From: Pseudomonadota bacterium
GTDB lineage: Bacteria > Pseudomonadota > Gammaproteobacteria > Burkholderiales > Burkholderiaceae_D
Length of the DNA stretch: 64,000 nucleotides
Reading direction: 5' to 3'
Assembly: GCA_040388805.1 (NCBI GenBank)
Contig: JAZKBE010000032.1
Span: 485 to 64,484, forward strand
The stretch's first letter is position 1; every line of letters begins with the position of its first letter. Below are positions 46,485 to 55,801 of the stretch, one piece after another. Under the pieces are notes generated by a model. That model saw nothing but the letters and a program-made list of their open reading frames with translations, was not told the DNA's origin and did no database searches. Position numbers and translations under genes: made by a program.

Positions 46485-47972
46485 ATGGACTTTAGCATAA
46501 AAGCATTCGATACAAAAAACACCATCGCGGCCGCCAAATCCGGCTGCGTCGCGGTGGCCGTATTCGAAAAAAACAAACTGTCCCAGGCGGCTAAAGCCCT
46601 CGATCAAGGTGGAGAAATCACCGCTGCGCTCAAGTCGGGCGACATCACCGGCAAGGCCGGCACGACCCTGCTGCTGCGCGGCGTCGGCAGCGCGGCGCGC
46701 GTGCTGCTCGTCGGCCTCGGCAATGACGAGTCGATCAGCGAAAAGAGCTTCGCTTCCGCGGTCAACGCTACCCTCAAGGCATTTTCGACCCTGGGCGCCG
46801 CGGACGCCATTATCGCACTTCCGATGACGGAAGTGAAAGAGCGCGACGCCAGCTGGGCCATTCGCACCATCGTGTGCGCCGCCCACGAAAGCGTGTTCCG
46901 CACCGACAGCCAGAAGAGCAAGAAGGATCCGGCCGCCGCCGGCGTGAAGAAAATCGCGCTGGCCGTGCCCAATACGGCCGAGAGCAAGAACGCGCTGGCC
47001 CAGGCGATCGCCATCGCCAGGGGCATGGACCTGACCAAGGAACTGGGCAACCTGTCGGCCAATGTGTGCACCCCGACCTACCTGGCCAACACCGCCAAAA
47101 AGCTGGCCAAGGAATACAAGTTCGACGTCGAAGTCCTGGAGCGCAAGCAGCTCGAAGCGCTCAAGATGGGCAGCTTCCTGTCGGTCACCAACGGCAGCGA
47201 AGAGCCGCCGAAGTTCATCGTCCTCAAGCACAACGGCGGCAAGGCCAAGGATGCGCCGGTGGTGCTGGTCGGTAAGGGCATCACCTTCGACACGGGCGGC
47301 ATTTCGATCAAGCCCGGTCCCGGCATGGATGAAATGAAGTACGACATGTGCGGCGCCGCGTCGGTGCTGGGCACCTTCCGCGCCATCGGCGAGATGGGCT
47401 TGAAACTGAACGTGATCGGCGTGATCGCCACCTGCGAAAACATGCCCTCGGGCCGCGCCACCAAGCCTGGCGACATCGTCACGTCAATGAACGGCCTGAC
47501 GATCGAGGTGCTCAATACCGACGCCGAAGGCCGCCTGATCCTGTGCGACGCCCTCACCTATTGCGAACGCTTCAACCCGGCCGTCGTGGTCGACATCGCC
47601 ACGCTGACGGGCGCCTGCATCATCGCCCTGGGCAACCACAATTCGGGCCTGTTTACGCGCAGCGACGACGCGCACGAAAAGCTGGCCGCCGAACTGCTGG
47701 CAGCGGGCAAGCAGGCCAGCGACACCGCATGGCGCCTGCCGATCGAAGAAGCGTACAACGAGCAGCTCAAGTCCAACTTCGCGGACCTGGCCAATATCGG
47801 CACGCCGGGCGGCGCCAGCGTCACGGCCGCCTGCTTCCTTGAAAACTTCACCCGCAAGTACACCTGGGCCCACCTCGATATCGCGGGCACGGCATGGAAG
47901 TCCGGCGGCGCGAAAGGCGCCACCGGCCGGCCGGTGCCGCTGCTGTCGACCTTCCTGATCAACCGCGTGTAA
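46485..47972 (+). CDS. pepA: Leucyl aminopeptidase (M17)
   Basis: [24 protein letters not shown] and HLDIAG motifs. Start at 46485 after GGAG. Confidence 0.96.
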   Translation: MDFSIKAFDTKNTIAAAKSGCVAVAVFEKNKLSQAAKALDQGGEITAALKSGDITGKAGTTLLLRGVGSAARVLLVGLGNDESISEKSFASAVNATLKAFSTLGAADAIIALPMTEVKERDASWAIRTIVCAAHESVFRTDSQKSKKDPAAAGVKKIALAVPNTAESKNALAQAIAIARGMDLTKELGNLSANVCTPTYLANTAKKLAKEYKFDVEVLERKQLEALKMGSFLSVTNGSEEPPKFIVLKHNGGKAKDAPVVLVGKGITFDTGGISIKPGPGMDEMKYDMCGAASVLGTFRAIGEMGLKLNVIGVIATCENMPSGRATKPGDIVTSMNGLTIEVLNTDAEGRLILCDALTYCERFNPAVVVDIATLTGACIIALGNHNSGLFTRSDDAHEKLAAELLAAGKQASDTAWRLPIEEAYNEQLKSNFADLANIGTPGGASVTAACFLENFTRKYTWAHLDIAGTAWKSGGAKGATGRPVPLLSTFLINRV

Positions 47973-47990
47973 GCTTCAGCGCGGCCAACG

Positions 47991-48019
47991 AAAAAGCGAC
48001 CTTGAAGGTCGCTTTTTTT
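47991..48019. terminator. Bidirectional intrinsic terminator
   Basis: AAAAAGCGACC-TTGAA-GGTCGCTTTTTT. Confidence 0.88.
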
Positions 48020-48020
48020 A

Positions 48021-48470
48021 TCAGTACACCACGTTGCCGCTACTTTCGCTGCGCTCCGGCTCCGCGTTGCGGCCTGTGCGCCGCATCAGCACCGTGAGGG
48101 TGTCGGGGTAGTCGAAACCGGCGCCGGTGCGCTTGTCCATCAGGTAGCCCAGGCCTGCCGTGAACACCGCATTGCCGATGGTGGCGCTGCCGTTGGCGCG
48201 CGAGCTGACCATGTCCTGGCCGATGCTGGCATTGCCCTTCTTGCAGTCGATCCACAGGTTGCCGGCGCTTTTCTGCACCATGACGCGGCCGGGCGAGGTC
48301 ACGAACCAGCGTCCCGCGTCATTGGTCAGCACGCAGCCGGCGCCGACGATTTCGCGGTTGTCCTCGATCGTGTGCACGACCAGTATCTGCCGGTTCGATT
48401 CGCTGATCGTGGCGCAGCCGGCCACCAGGGCCAGCATGCCGATCGCACCGATGCGCTTCAAAATTGCCAT
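48021..48470 (-). CDS. Hypothetical lipoprotein
   Basis: Lipobox LVAGC after a basic/hydrophobic leader; two further Cys; hydrophobic Gly-rich C-terminal segment. Confidence 0.75.
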   Translation of the reverse strand: MAILKRIGAIGMLALVAGCATISESNRQILVVHTIEDNREIVGAGCVLTNDAGRWFVTSPGRVMVQKSAGNLWIDCKKGNASIGQDMVSSRANGSATIGNAVFTAGLGYLMDKRTGAGFDYPDTLTVLMRRTGRNAEPERSESSGNVVY

Positions 48471-48530
48471 AAATTCCACCAAACGTAGTCGCCCACACTG
48501 TTTACGGCAGAAGCGAGGTGTTTCTTGATG

Positions 48531-49004
48531 CTACTGGAGCGGAATTGGCTGGTTCGCGGGGACGGGGACGGCGGTGACGCTGTTTTTCGGGCTGCCGTCG
48601 ACCAGGCGGTCCGAATACACCAGGTAGACCAGCGCATTGCGCTTGGCGTCGACCATGCGCACCACGCGCACGCGCTTGAAGAATACCGAGGCGCGTTCGT
48701 TGAATACTTCCTCCTGGCGCGGCACCTTGCCAGTGAAGCTGAGCGGGCCCACCTGGCGGCAGGCCACGGACGACTCGGCCTTGTCTTCGGCGATGCCGAT
48801 CGCCTCCTTGAAGCCGCCCGTCTTGGCGCGCGACAGGTAGCAGCTCACGCCGCCCACCTTGGGGTCGTCGAACACTTCGACGATGACCTTGTGGTCCGGG
48901 CCAAGCAGTTTGAAGGCGGTATCGACCGAACCTACGGTTTCGGCGTTCGCTGCGGCGGCGGCGGCCGACAACAGCATGACGATCACGGCGTGATGCATGC
49001 GCAT
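48531..49004 (-). CDS. creA: CreA family protein
   Basis: Signal peptide; VGSVDT.F, FDDPKV.GVSCY and ACRQVGP motifs. Confidence 0.9.
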   Translation of the reverse strand: MRMHHAVIVMLLSAAAAAANAETVGSVDTAFKLLGPDHKVIVEVFDDPKVGGVSCYLSRAKTGGFKEAIGIAEDKAESSVACRQVGPLSFTGKVPRQEEVFNERASVFFKRVRVVRMVDAKRNALVYLVYSDRLVDGSPKNSVTAVPVPANQPIPLQ

Positions 49005-49031
49005 TGCATATCCTGGGACTTGGGTGGGTAA

Positions 49032-49220
49032 CTAGGGGATGGGCGCGAAGCGCGGCACGAGCGCACCGTCGACTTCGACCAGCTGGAAGAACACTTCTTT
49101 CGGACGGGTCCAGATCGACCCGTCTGCAGCGCGATAAACAATCATCTCGGACAGGTCCGATTCAAGCGTGGCTACGCACACGTGCTCGTAGAGGCCACCC
49201 TTGTAGTGCCGATATTGCAT
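49032..49220 (-). CDS. DUF1653 protein
   Basis: YRHYKGG.Y, E.MIVYR and WTRP..F motifs. Confidence 0.88.
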   Translation of the reverse strand: MQYRHYKGGLYEHVCVATLESDLSEMIVYRAADGSIWTRPKEVFFQLVEVDGALVPRFAPIP

Positions 49221-49600
49221 CAGCCCTCGGACTTGTCTTCAGCCATCGCCTTCTGCTTCTTTTTCAGGCCCTGGATTACCTTGAGCACGCCGTCGATTCC
49301 GGCCGAGTCATCCAGGTCGCTGAAGGCGTCGAGCACTTCGTTCAGAACGCGGTTGCGCACGGCAGATTCGTCGGAAGAGACAGGCGACGCGGCGCGAACC
49401 GGATCGGCGGTTTCTTTCGGCGCAACCTTCGGTGCCGCGGTCTTCGTTGTCGCAGCGGCAGTTTTGCCATGCGCCAACGCAGCCTGCCAGATCACCCAAC
49501 GGCGTTGCGTTTCGAAAACGAGGTATTCGTCGGGCTTGTCCTCACGGCGACGTACGATATGACCGTCACGTTGGGCCCATGCTTCAAATGCATTTCGCAT
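49220..49600 (-). CDS. Hypothetical protein with phage-like N-terminal motif
   Basis: AAGGAA RBS; RNAFEAWA...Y...TQRRWVIWQAA; TGATG overlap with DUF1653. Confidence 0.7.
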   Translation of the reverse strand: MRNAFEAWAQRDGHIVRRREDKPDEYLVFETQRRWVIWQAALAHGKTAAATTKTAAPKVAPKETADPVRAASPVSSDESAVRNRVLNEVLDAFSDLDDSAGIDGVLKVIQGLKKKQKAMAEDKSEG

Positions 49601-49767
49601 TTCATTCCTTTACAAATGCTGTGTTCGCATTTCTACTCAATGAAACCAGCGGGTCCACCAAGCTCCACCTCTCGAGCCGGATCGTGCATCGGCAGTTGAG
49701 GACTTGTGCTTACTTCAAAAAAATCTCGGCCAGCGGGAATATCCAATAAATATGGCGCTACATCTTT

Positions 49768-49796
49768 ATATTACTATGGCCGTTATAAGAATGCAA
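49768..49796 (-). promoter_or_regulatory. Candidate sigma70 promoter for the 49600-48021 genes
   Basis: Minus strand TTGCAT-N17-TAATAT. Confidence 0.45.
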
Positions 49797-50068
49797 TTTT
49801 TAATTCCCGTCAGGTAACAATAGTACGGATTCGTTGTTTTGTATTACTGTTGTTACACTTTGCAACACTTATAGGCTGATCGGCGGAAATTGACAATACT
49901 TTAGAGAAAAGAAACTGTGATTATTTGATAAAAACGTTGCATAACCGTCAGAATTGCTTGCGGAAGGCCACAATTTATTGCTTTGAAGATAACAAGGCAG
50001 CCAACTTGTGAAATTGCACCGTTGGGTGGATACTTCGCTTCCCTGCGTCAAAAAACCAACACTTCGCG

Positions 50069-50833
50069 ATGAAAATAGCTACCTGGAACGTCAATTCGCT
50101 CAAAGTCCGCCTGCCCCACCTCTTGCGCTGGCTGGCGGACAATCCGGTCGATGTCCTGTGTTTACAGGAGACCAAGCTGACCGACGATAAATTCCCGGTG
50201 GCCGAAATCAACGAGGCCGGCTACCAGGTGGCTTTCAGCGGCCAGAAAACCTACAACGGCGTCGCCATCCTGTCGAAGCTGCCGCTCCTGGACGTGGTCA
50301 GGAACAACCCGCGCTTCGAGGACGAGCAGCAGCGCATCCTGGCCGCCACCATCGATGGCGTGCGCATCATTTCGGCGTACGTGCCCAACGGGCAGGCTGT
50401 CGATTCGGACAAGTATGTCTACAAGCTGGCGTGGCTCAAGTCCCTGCACGAATGGCTGGCCGAAGAAATGCGCAGCCACGCGTCGCTGGCGATCCTGGGC
50501 GACTACAACATCGCCCCGGACGACCGCGACGTGCACGACCCCGCGGCCTGGGAAGGCCAGGTACTGTGCTCGGACAAGGAGCGCGCTGCGCTGACCGCCT
50601 TGACCGACCTGGGACTGACTGATTCCTATCGCCTGTTCGAGCAGCCGGAGAAAAACTTCAGCTGGTGGGACTACCGCATGCTCGGCTTCCAGAAGAACAA
50701 GGGCCTGCGCATCGACCACATCCTGCTGTCGGAGAAGCTGACCCAGCGCTGCACGGCCTGTGTGATCGACCGTGCGCCGCGCAAGTGGGAACAGCCTTCC
50801 GATCACGCGCCGGTGATCGCCACGATTGATTAG
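50069..50833 (+). CDS. xth: Exodeoxyribonuclease III
   Basis: MKIATWNVNS, LCLQETK, YNGVAI, GDYNIAP, GLRIDH and SDHAPV motifs. Confidence 0.96.
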   Translation: MKIATWNVNSLKVRLPHLLRWLADNPVDVLCLQETKLTDDKFPVAEINEAGYQVAFSGQKTYNGVAILSKLPLLDVVRNNPRFEDEQQRILAATIDGVRIISAYVPNGQAVDSDKYVYKLAWLKSLHEWLAEEMRSHASLAILGDYNIAPDDRDVHDPAAWEGQVLCSDKERAALTALTDLGLTDSYRLFEQPEKNFSWWDYRMLGFQKNKGLRIDHILLSEKLTQRCTACVIDRAPRKWEQPSDHAPVIATID

Positions 50834-53800
50834 GTGAGCGCCCTGAATACGCCGGTGGCCGCTTCGGCATCCATCGGGTGCGCAAACAGGTAGCCCTGCG
50901 CGTACTGGCAGCCATTCGACTGCAGCAGGCCGTACTGCCCTTCCGTCTCCACCCCTTCCGCCACCACCGACAACTGCAGGCTGTTCGACAGCGCGATGAT
51001 CGCCGCCACGATGGCGCGGTCTTCCGAACTGTCTTCCAGGTCGTTGATGAAGGCGCGGTCGATCTTGATCTTCTTGACCGGGAAGCGCTTCAGGTAAGCC
51101 AGGCTCGAATAGCCGGTGCCGAAATCGTCGATCGACAGGCGGATGCCCATGCTGTTGATCTGGCCCAGGATCTCGAGCGTCTGTTCGCCGTGCTGCATCA
51201 GCGCGGTCTCGGTAATTTCAAACTCCAGCAGCGACGGATCGATGCCGGTTTCGTCGAGCACGCGCTGGATCGATTCGATCAGGCCGCGGTTCATGAACTG
51301 GCGCGGCGACAGGTTGACCGCCAGCGGCACCGGCGCCAGGCCCTGGCGCTGCCATGCCACGCTTTGCTCGCAGGCCTTGCGCATGACCCATTCGCCCACC
51401 TGCACGATCATGCCATTGTCTTCGATGATGGGAATGAAGTGATCCGGCAGGATCAGCCCGTCGACCGGATGGCGCCAGCGCAGCAGCACTTCCATCGTAT
51501 GCAGGCGCCGCGTGGCGGTGTCGACGATCGGCTGGTAGAACAGTTCGAATTCTTCCCTGGCCAGGGCGCTGCGCAGGCTGCTCTCGAGTTCGAAATGCTG
51601 GGACGCGGCCTGGTTCATGCGCTGGATGAAGAACTGGTAATTATTCCTGCCGCTGGCCTTGGCGTGGTACATGGCCGCGTCGGCATGGCGCATCAGGGTT
51701 TCCACGTCGCCGCCGTCGTCCGGGTACATGCTGATGCCGATCGACGGCGTGATGTGCAGCAGCCGCCCTTCGAAGGGAAACGGCGAATCGAGCACCTCGA
51801 TGATTTTTTCCGCCACGTGGGTGCATTCGTCCGGCGAGCGGATGCCCGGCACCAGCACCACGAATTCGTCGCCGCCCAGGCGCGCCACGGTGTCGCTGGC
51901 GCGTACCGCGCGGCACAGCCGGCTGGCCACTTCCTTGAGCAGGTAGTCGCCCGTCAGGTGGCCCAGCGAATCGTTGATGGTCTTGAAGCGGTCAAGGTCG
52001 ATGAACATGACGGCCAGCTTGCGGTCCGAGCGCTGCACCGCCAGCATGGCGCGGTCGAGCCGGTCCGACAGCAGCGCGCGGTTCGGCAGCCCGGTCAGGC
52101 TGTCGTGGTAAGCCATGTGGTGCACGCGCGCTTCGGCCTGGCGCCGCTCGACGATTTCGCCTTGCAGCAGCGCGTTCGCGCCCGCCAGTTCGGCCGTGCG
52201 TTCGAGCACCCGCACTTCCAGTTCGTCGCGCGCGCGGCGCACCGCTTCGGCCGCCTCGCGCCGCGCCGTCACATCGTCCACCAGCCATACCGAACGGCCG
52301 GTCGCCTGCGCCAGGTCGAAGGGGCGGCCCGACAGGCGCGCCCAGAAGGTCGTGCCATCCTTGCGCACCAGCTGGTATTCGGACATGCTGACCCGCCCGG
52401 CCCGGAAGTCGCGCGCGGTTTCGGCGCGCGCCAGGTCCCAGCTGCTCTTGTCCGGATACAGCGACTGCACCGACAGGCCGCGGATCTCGCCCGGCGCGTA
52501 GCCGAACAGCTCTTCCATCTTGGTATTGCAGCGCAGGTTGAAGCCGTTTTCCACCACCGCGATGCCGAGCACCGCGCTGTCAAGGATGGCCTGGTTTTCC
52601 AGCAGCGCATTGCGCAGCGATTCCTCGGCGCGCTTCGCTTCGGTGCGATCTTCGATGATCCAGATCGTGCCCTGGCCCGGGTCGTCCGGATTGACCACGT
52701 AGGCGATCAGCTGCGACCACATCAGGGTGCCGTCCTTGCGCGCCAGCTCCACTTCGGTGTGGTAAGGCTTGCCGACCGAGAGCAGCTGGCCGGACTGGGC
52801 GCCGATGCGCGCGTAATTCTCGTCATTCGAATACAGCGCCCTGCCCGGCAGGCCCAGCGCTTCGTTGTCCTGGTAGCCGAACATGTCGGCGAAGCCGCGG
52901 TTGTAGCGCGTGATGATGCGGTTCTTGGTGTACAGGATGCTGATCGAGGCGTTGGTCATGATCGCCTGGACTTCGATCAGGGTCTGGCGCGTCTCGGTGA
53001 CGTCTTCCAGGATCCAGATGGTGCCGTCTTCCGCATGGTCGGTGTCGACCGCCTTGGCCCGCACGCGGCACCAGAACAGCGCACCATCGCGTTTCCTGAA
53101 CTGGAATTCGGACTTCTCGAAAGGCATACCATTGCCCAGGAAGGGCCCCGCTTCGGTCCAGAACTGCGCATAGACTTCCGGCGAAGGAAACACCTCGAGC
53201 GCGGGGCGCCCGACCAGTTCCTGCTGCGTGTAGCCGAACATTTCGGCGAAGCGCGGGTTACACGACATCATCAGGCCCGCCTGGCCGAACAGGATGCCGA
53301 CCGAAGCATTGTCCAGGATGGCCTTCTGCTCGAGCAGGATTTTCTTGGTCGCCTCGTCGGCCGCCTTCTGCGCGCTGCGGTCGTCCAGGATCCAGATGGT
53401 GTCCTGCTTTTCGCGGCCCTGGTTGATCGCGTACACATAGGCGTAGGCCCAGAAGGTGCTGCCATCCTGGCGCCGCATGTGGTAGTCGCCCTGGCAGGCG
53501 CGCCCGGACTTGAGCAGCGGACGCGCGTCTTCCAGCATGGTGTCGTAACCGGCGTCGGACGCGTACAGGTCGCGCGCGGGCCGGCCTATGCCTGCGTCGC
53601 CCTTGAAGCCGAAGTAGTCCGCGAACTGCTGGTTGTAACGCATGATCGTGTTATCGCGCTGGAAGGCGATCGCCAGCGGCGCGTTGTCCATGATCGCCTG
53701 CATTTCCAGCACGGCGCGGCGCAGCCTGGCCTCGTTGTGGTGCGGCTCGTCGATGTCTTCGAGGATCCAGATGGTGCCGTGGCCGGCATCCTGCGGATCG

Positions 53801-54450
53801 ACCGCGCGCCCGTACAGGCGGCACCACAGCAGGCTGCCGTCCTTGCAGCGCAGCTGCAGTTCGGTGGTATAGGCTTCGCCCGTGGCCAGCCTGGGGCCCG
53901 ACTCGGCGCCCATGTCTTCGTAGGCCTTCACCGACGGGAACACGCACACGCTGCTCATGCCGATCAATTCATGCTCGCTGTAGCCGAACATTTCGGCGGC
54001 GCGGATATTGCATTCTTCGATCACGCGGTTTTTGCTGAGCATGATGCCCACCGCGGCGTTTTCGAGGATGGCTTTCTGCTCCAGCAGCGTGGTGCGCAGC
54101 GCGGCCCGCTCGCCTTCGAACTGGCGGATATCGGTAAACACGAAGGTGGCGCCGCGGCTGTTGGGCAGCGGCTTGGCCATCACCTGCACGGCGACCCCGG
54201 CGCCATCGCCACGCAGCACGCTTTGCCAGCGCTGCTCGGCGAACCGGGATGCCTTGACCTGGCTGGCATCGTGCGCTTCGTCGGCGAACAAGTCGAGCAG
54301 GCGCGCGCCATCGACGCCGGCGCCGACGAGCGCGCGCATTTCACCATTGCAGGCAAACACCACTCCCTGCGCATTGCACGCGCAGGCGGGCGAGGCGATC
54401 AGTTGCAATGCTTCGGCGACGAAATCGAATTGGCTAGGTACGTGGTCCAT
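50830..54450 (-). CDS. Multi-PAS GGDEF-EAL protein
   Basis: Five clear PAS repeats plus one degenerate; HDSLTGLPNR, RASD I-site, GGDEF; EVL, EITE, DDFGTGYSSL and EGVE motifs. Start ATG at 54450. Confidence 0.92.
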   Translation of the reverse strand: MDHVPSQFDFVAEALQLIASPACACNAQGVVFACNGEMRALVGAGVDGARLLDLFADEAHDASQVKASRFAEQRWQSVLRGDGAGVAVQVMAKPLPNSRGATFVFTDIRQFEGERAALRTTLLEQKAILENAAVGIMLSKNRVIEECNIRAAEMFGYSEHELIGMSSVCVFPSVKAYEDMGAESGPRLATGEAYTTELQLRCKDGSLLWCRLYGRAVDPQDAGHGTIWILEDIDEPHHNEARLRRAVLEMQAIMDNAPLAIAFQRDNTIMRYNQQFADYFGFKGDAGIGRPARDLYASDAGYDTMLEDARPLLKSGRACQGDYHMRRQDGSTFWAYAYVYAINQGREKQDTIWILDDRSAQKAADEATKKILLEQKAILDNASVGILFGQAGLMMSCNPRFAEMFGYTQQELVGRPALEVFPSPEVYAQFWTEAGPFLGNGMPFEKSEFQFRKRDGALFWCRVRAKAVDTDHAEDGTIWILEDVTETRQTLIEVQAIMTNASISILYTKNRIITRYNRGFADMFGYQDNEALGLPGRALYSNDENYARIGAQSGQLLSVGKPYHTEVELARKDGTLMWSQLIAYVVNPDDPGQGTIWIIEDRTEAKRAEESLRNALLENQAILDSAVLGIAVVENGFNLRCNTKMEELFGYAPGEIRGLSVQSLYPDKSSWDLARAETARDFRAGRVSMSEYQLVRKDGTTFWARLSGRPFDLAQATGRSVWLVDDVTARREAAEAVRRARDELEVRVLERTAELAGANALLQGEIVERRQAEARVHHMAYHDSLTGLPNRALLSDRLDRAMLAVQRSDRKLAVMFIDLDRFKTINDSLGHLTGDYLLKEVASRLCRAVRASDTVARLGGDEFVVLVPGIRSPDECTHVAEKIIEVLDSPFPFEGRLLHITPSIGISMYPDDGGDVETLMRHADAAMYHAKASGRNNYQFFIQRMNQAASQHFELESSLRSALAREEFELFYQPIVDTATRRLHTMEVLLRWRHPVDGLILPDHFIPIIEDNGMIVQVGEWVMRKACEQSVAWQRQGLAPVPLAVNLSPRQFMNRGLIESIQRVLDETGIDPSLLEFEITETALMQHGEQTLEILGQINSMGIRLSIDDFGTGYSSLAYLKRFPVKKIKIDRAFINDLEDSSEDRAIVAAIIALSNSLQLSVVAEGVETEGQYGLLQSNGCQYAQGYLFAHPMDAEAATGVFRALT

Positions 54451-54550
54451 GTCCCCACTATTGCAGAAAAGGCCACCTTTCTTGCGGCGGCGTATTGATC
54501 TTGGATCATAAACCACAATTGCGCCGAAGTTACATAAGTGGCCAAAAAAC

Positions 54551-54592
54551 AAAAGCCCGCCCTGCGTTTTCGTCGCAGGACGGGCTTTTTTT
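54551..54592 (-). terminator. Intrinsic terminator after prpF
   Basis: AAAAGCCCG...CCTGCG / CGCAGG...CGGGCTTTT stem with T runs on both sides. Confidence 0.8.
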
Positions 54593-54610
54593 CCAGGGAA
54601 TGAAGCTTAT

Positions 54611-55801
54611 TTAAAAGGCATCGCCGGGAATCCGCACCCAGCCTTCCATCAGGACCCGCGCGCTGCGGCTCATGATGGCTTTCCTGACCTTCCACTCGCC
54701 GCCTTCCAGCTGCGCTTCCGCGCCCACTCGCAAGGTGCCTGAGGGATGGCCGAAGCGCACCGCCGTACGCGCTTCGCCGCCGGCAGCCAGGTTGACCAGG
54801 GTGCCGGGAATGGCGGCCGCCGTGCCGATGGCCACCGCCGCCGTGCCCATCATGGCGTGGTGCAGCTTGCCCATCGAGAGCGCGCGCACCTGCAGGTCGA
54901 TGTCGCCGGCGCCAACCTGCTTGCCGCTCGACGACACGTAAGCCGATGGCGGCGCCACGAACGCCACCTTCGGCGTGTGCTGGCGTTTGGCGGCTTCGTC
55001 GACATGGGCGATCAGGCCCATGCGCAGCGCGCCGTGGGCGCGGATGGTCTCGAACATCGCCAGCGCCTTCGGGTCGCCGTTGATGGCGTCCTGCAGTTCG
55101 GCGCCGGTGTAGCCGATGTCGGCGGCGTTGACGAAGATGGTGGGGATGCCGGCATTGATCATGGTTGCCTTGAAGGTGCCCACGCCAGGCACTTCCAGCT
55201 CGTCGACCAGGTTCCCGGTCGGGAACATGGAACCGCCCGCGCCTTCCTCCTCGGCTGCCGGGTCCATGAATTCAAGCTGCACTTCGGCCGCCGGAAAGGT
55301 CACGCCATCGAGTTCGAAGTCGCCGGTCTCCTGCACCACGCCGCCAGAAATTGGCACATGGGCGATGATGGTCTTGCCGATATTGACCTGCCAGATGCGC
55401 ACCGTGCACACGCCGTCGACCGGAATGCGGGCCGCATCGACCATGCCGGCGCTGATGGCGAACGAACCCACCGCCGCCGACAGGTTGCCGCAATTGCCGC
55501 TCCAGTCCACGAAGGCGCGGTCGATCGCCACCTGGCCGAACAGGTAGTCGACGTCATGCCCTTCCCTGCTGCTGGCCGACAGGATGACGCTCTTGCTGGT
55601 GGACGACGTCGCCCCGCCCATGCCGTCGATCTGCTTGCCGTACGGGTCGGGGCTGCCGATCACGCGCAGCAGCAATCTGTCGCGAGCGGCGCCCGGCACC
55701 TGCGCCGCCGGCGGCAAGTCCTGCAGGCGGAAGAAAACGCCCTTGCTGGTCCCGCCGCGCATGTAGGTGGCGGGCACCCTGATTTGCTGGACGCTGCCCA
55801 T
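54611..55801 (-). CDS. prpF: AcnD-accessory protein (aconitate isomerase)
   Basis: YMRGGTSKGVFF, GSPDPYGKQIDGMGG and NCGN motifs; TGATG overlap with acnD. Confidence 0.95.
   Translation of the reverse strand: MGSVQQIRVPATYMRGGTSKGVFFRLQDLPPAAQVPGAARDRLLLRVIGSPDPYGKQIDGMGGATSSTSKSVILSASSREGHDVDYLFGQVAIDRAFVDWSGNCGNLSAAVGSFAISAGMVDAARIPVDGVCTVRIWQVNIGKTIIAHVPISGGVVQETGDFELDGVTFPAAEVQLEFMDPAAEEEGAGGSMFPTGNLVDELEVPGVGTFKATMINAGIPTIFVNAADIGYTGAELQDAINGDPKALAMFETIRAHGALRMGLIAHVDEAAKRQHTPKVAFVAPPSAYVSSSGKQVGAGDIDLQVRALSMGKLHHAMMGTAAVAIGTAAAIPGTLVNLAAGGEARTAVRFGHPSGTLRVGAEAQLEGGEWKVRKAIMSRSARVLMEGWVRIPGDAF

Noticed and set aside
49927-49942. AAAAACGTTGCA as a fourth LacI operator
   Set aside because: Only 9 of 14 positions match and the right half is lost.
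54494-54510. FNR-like site TTGATCTTGGATCAT upstream of the GGDEF-EAL gene
   Set aside because: The spacer is 5 nt instead of the required 4, and one half-site is imperfect.
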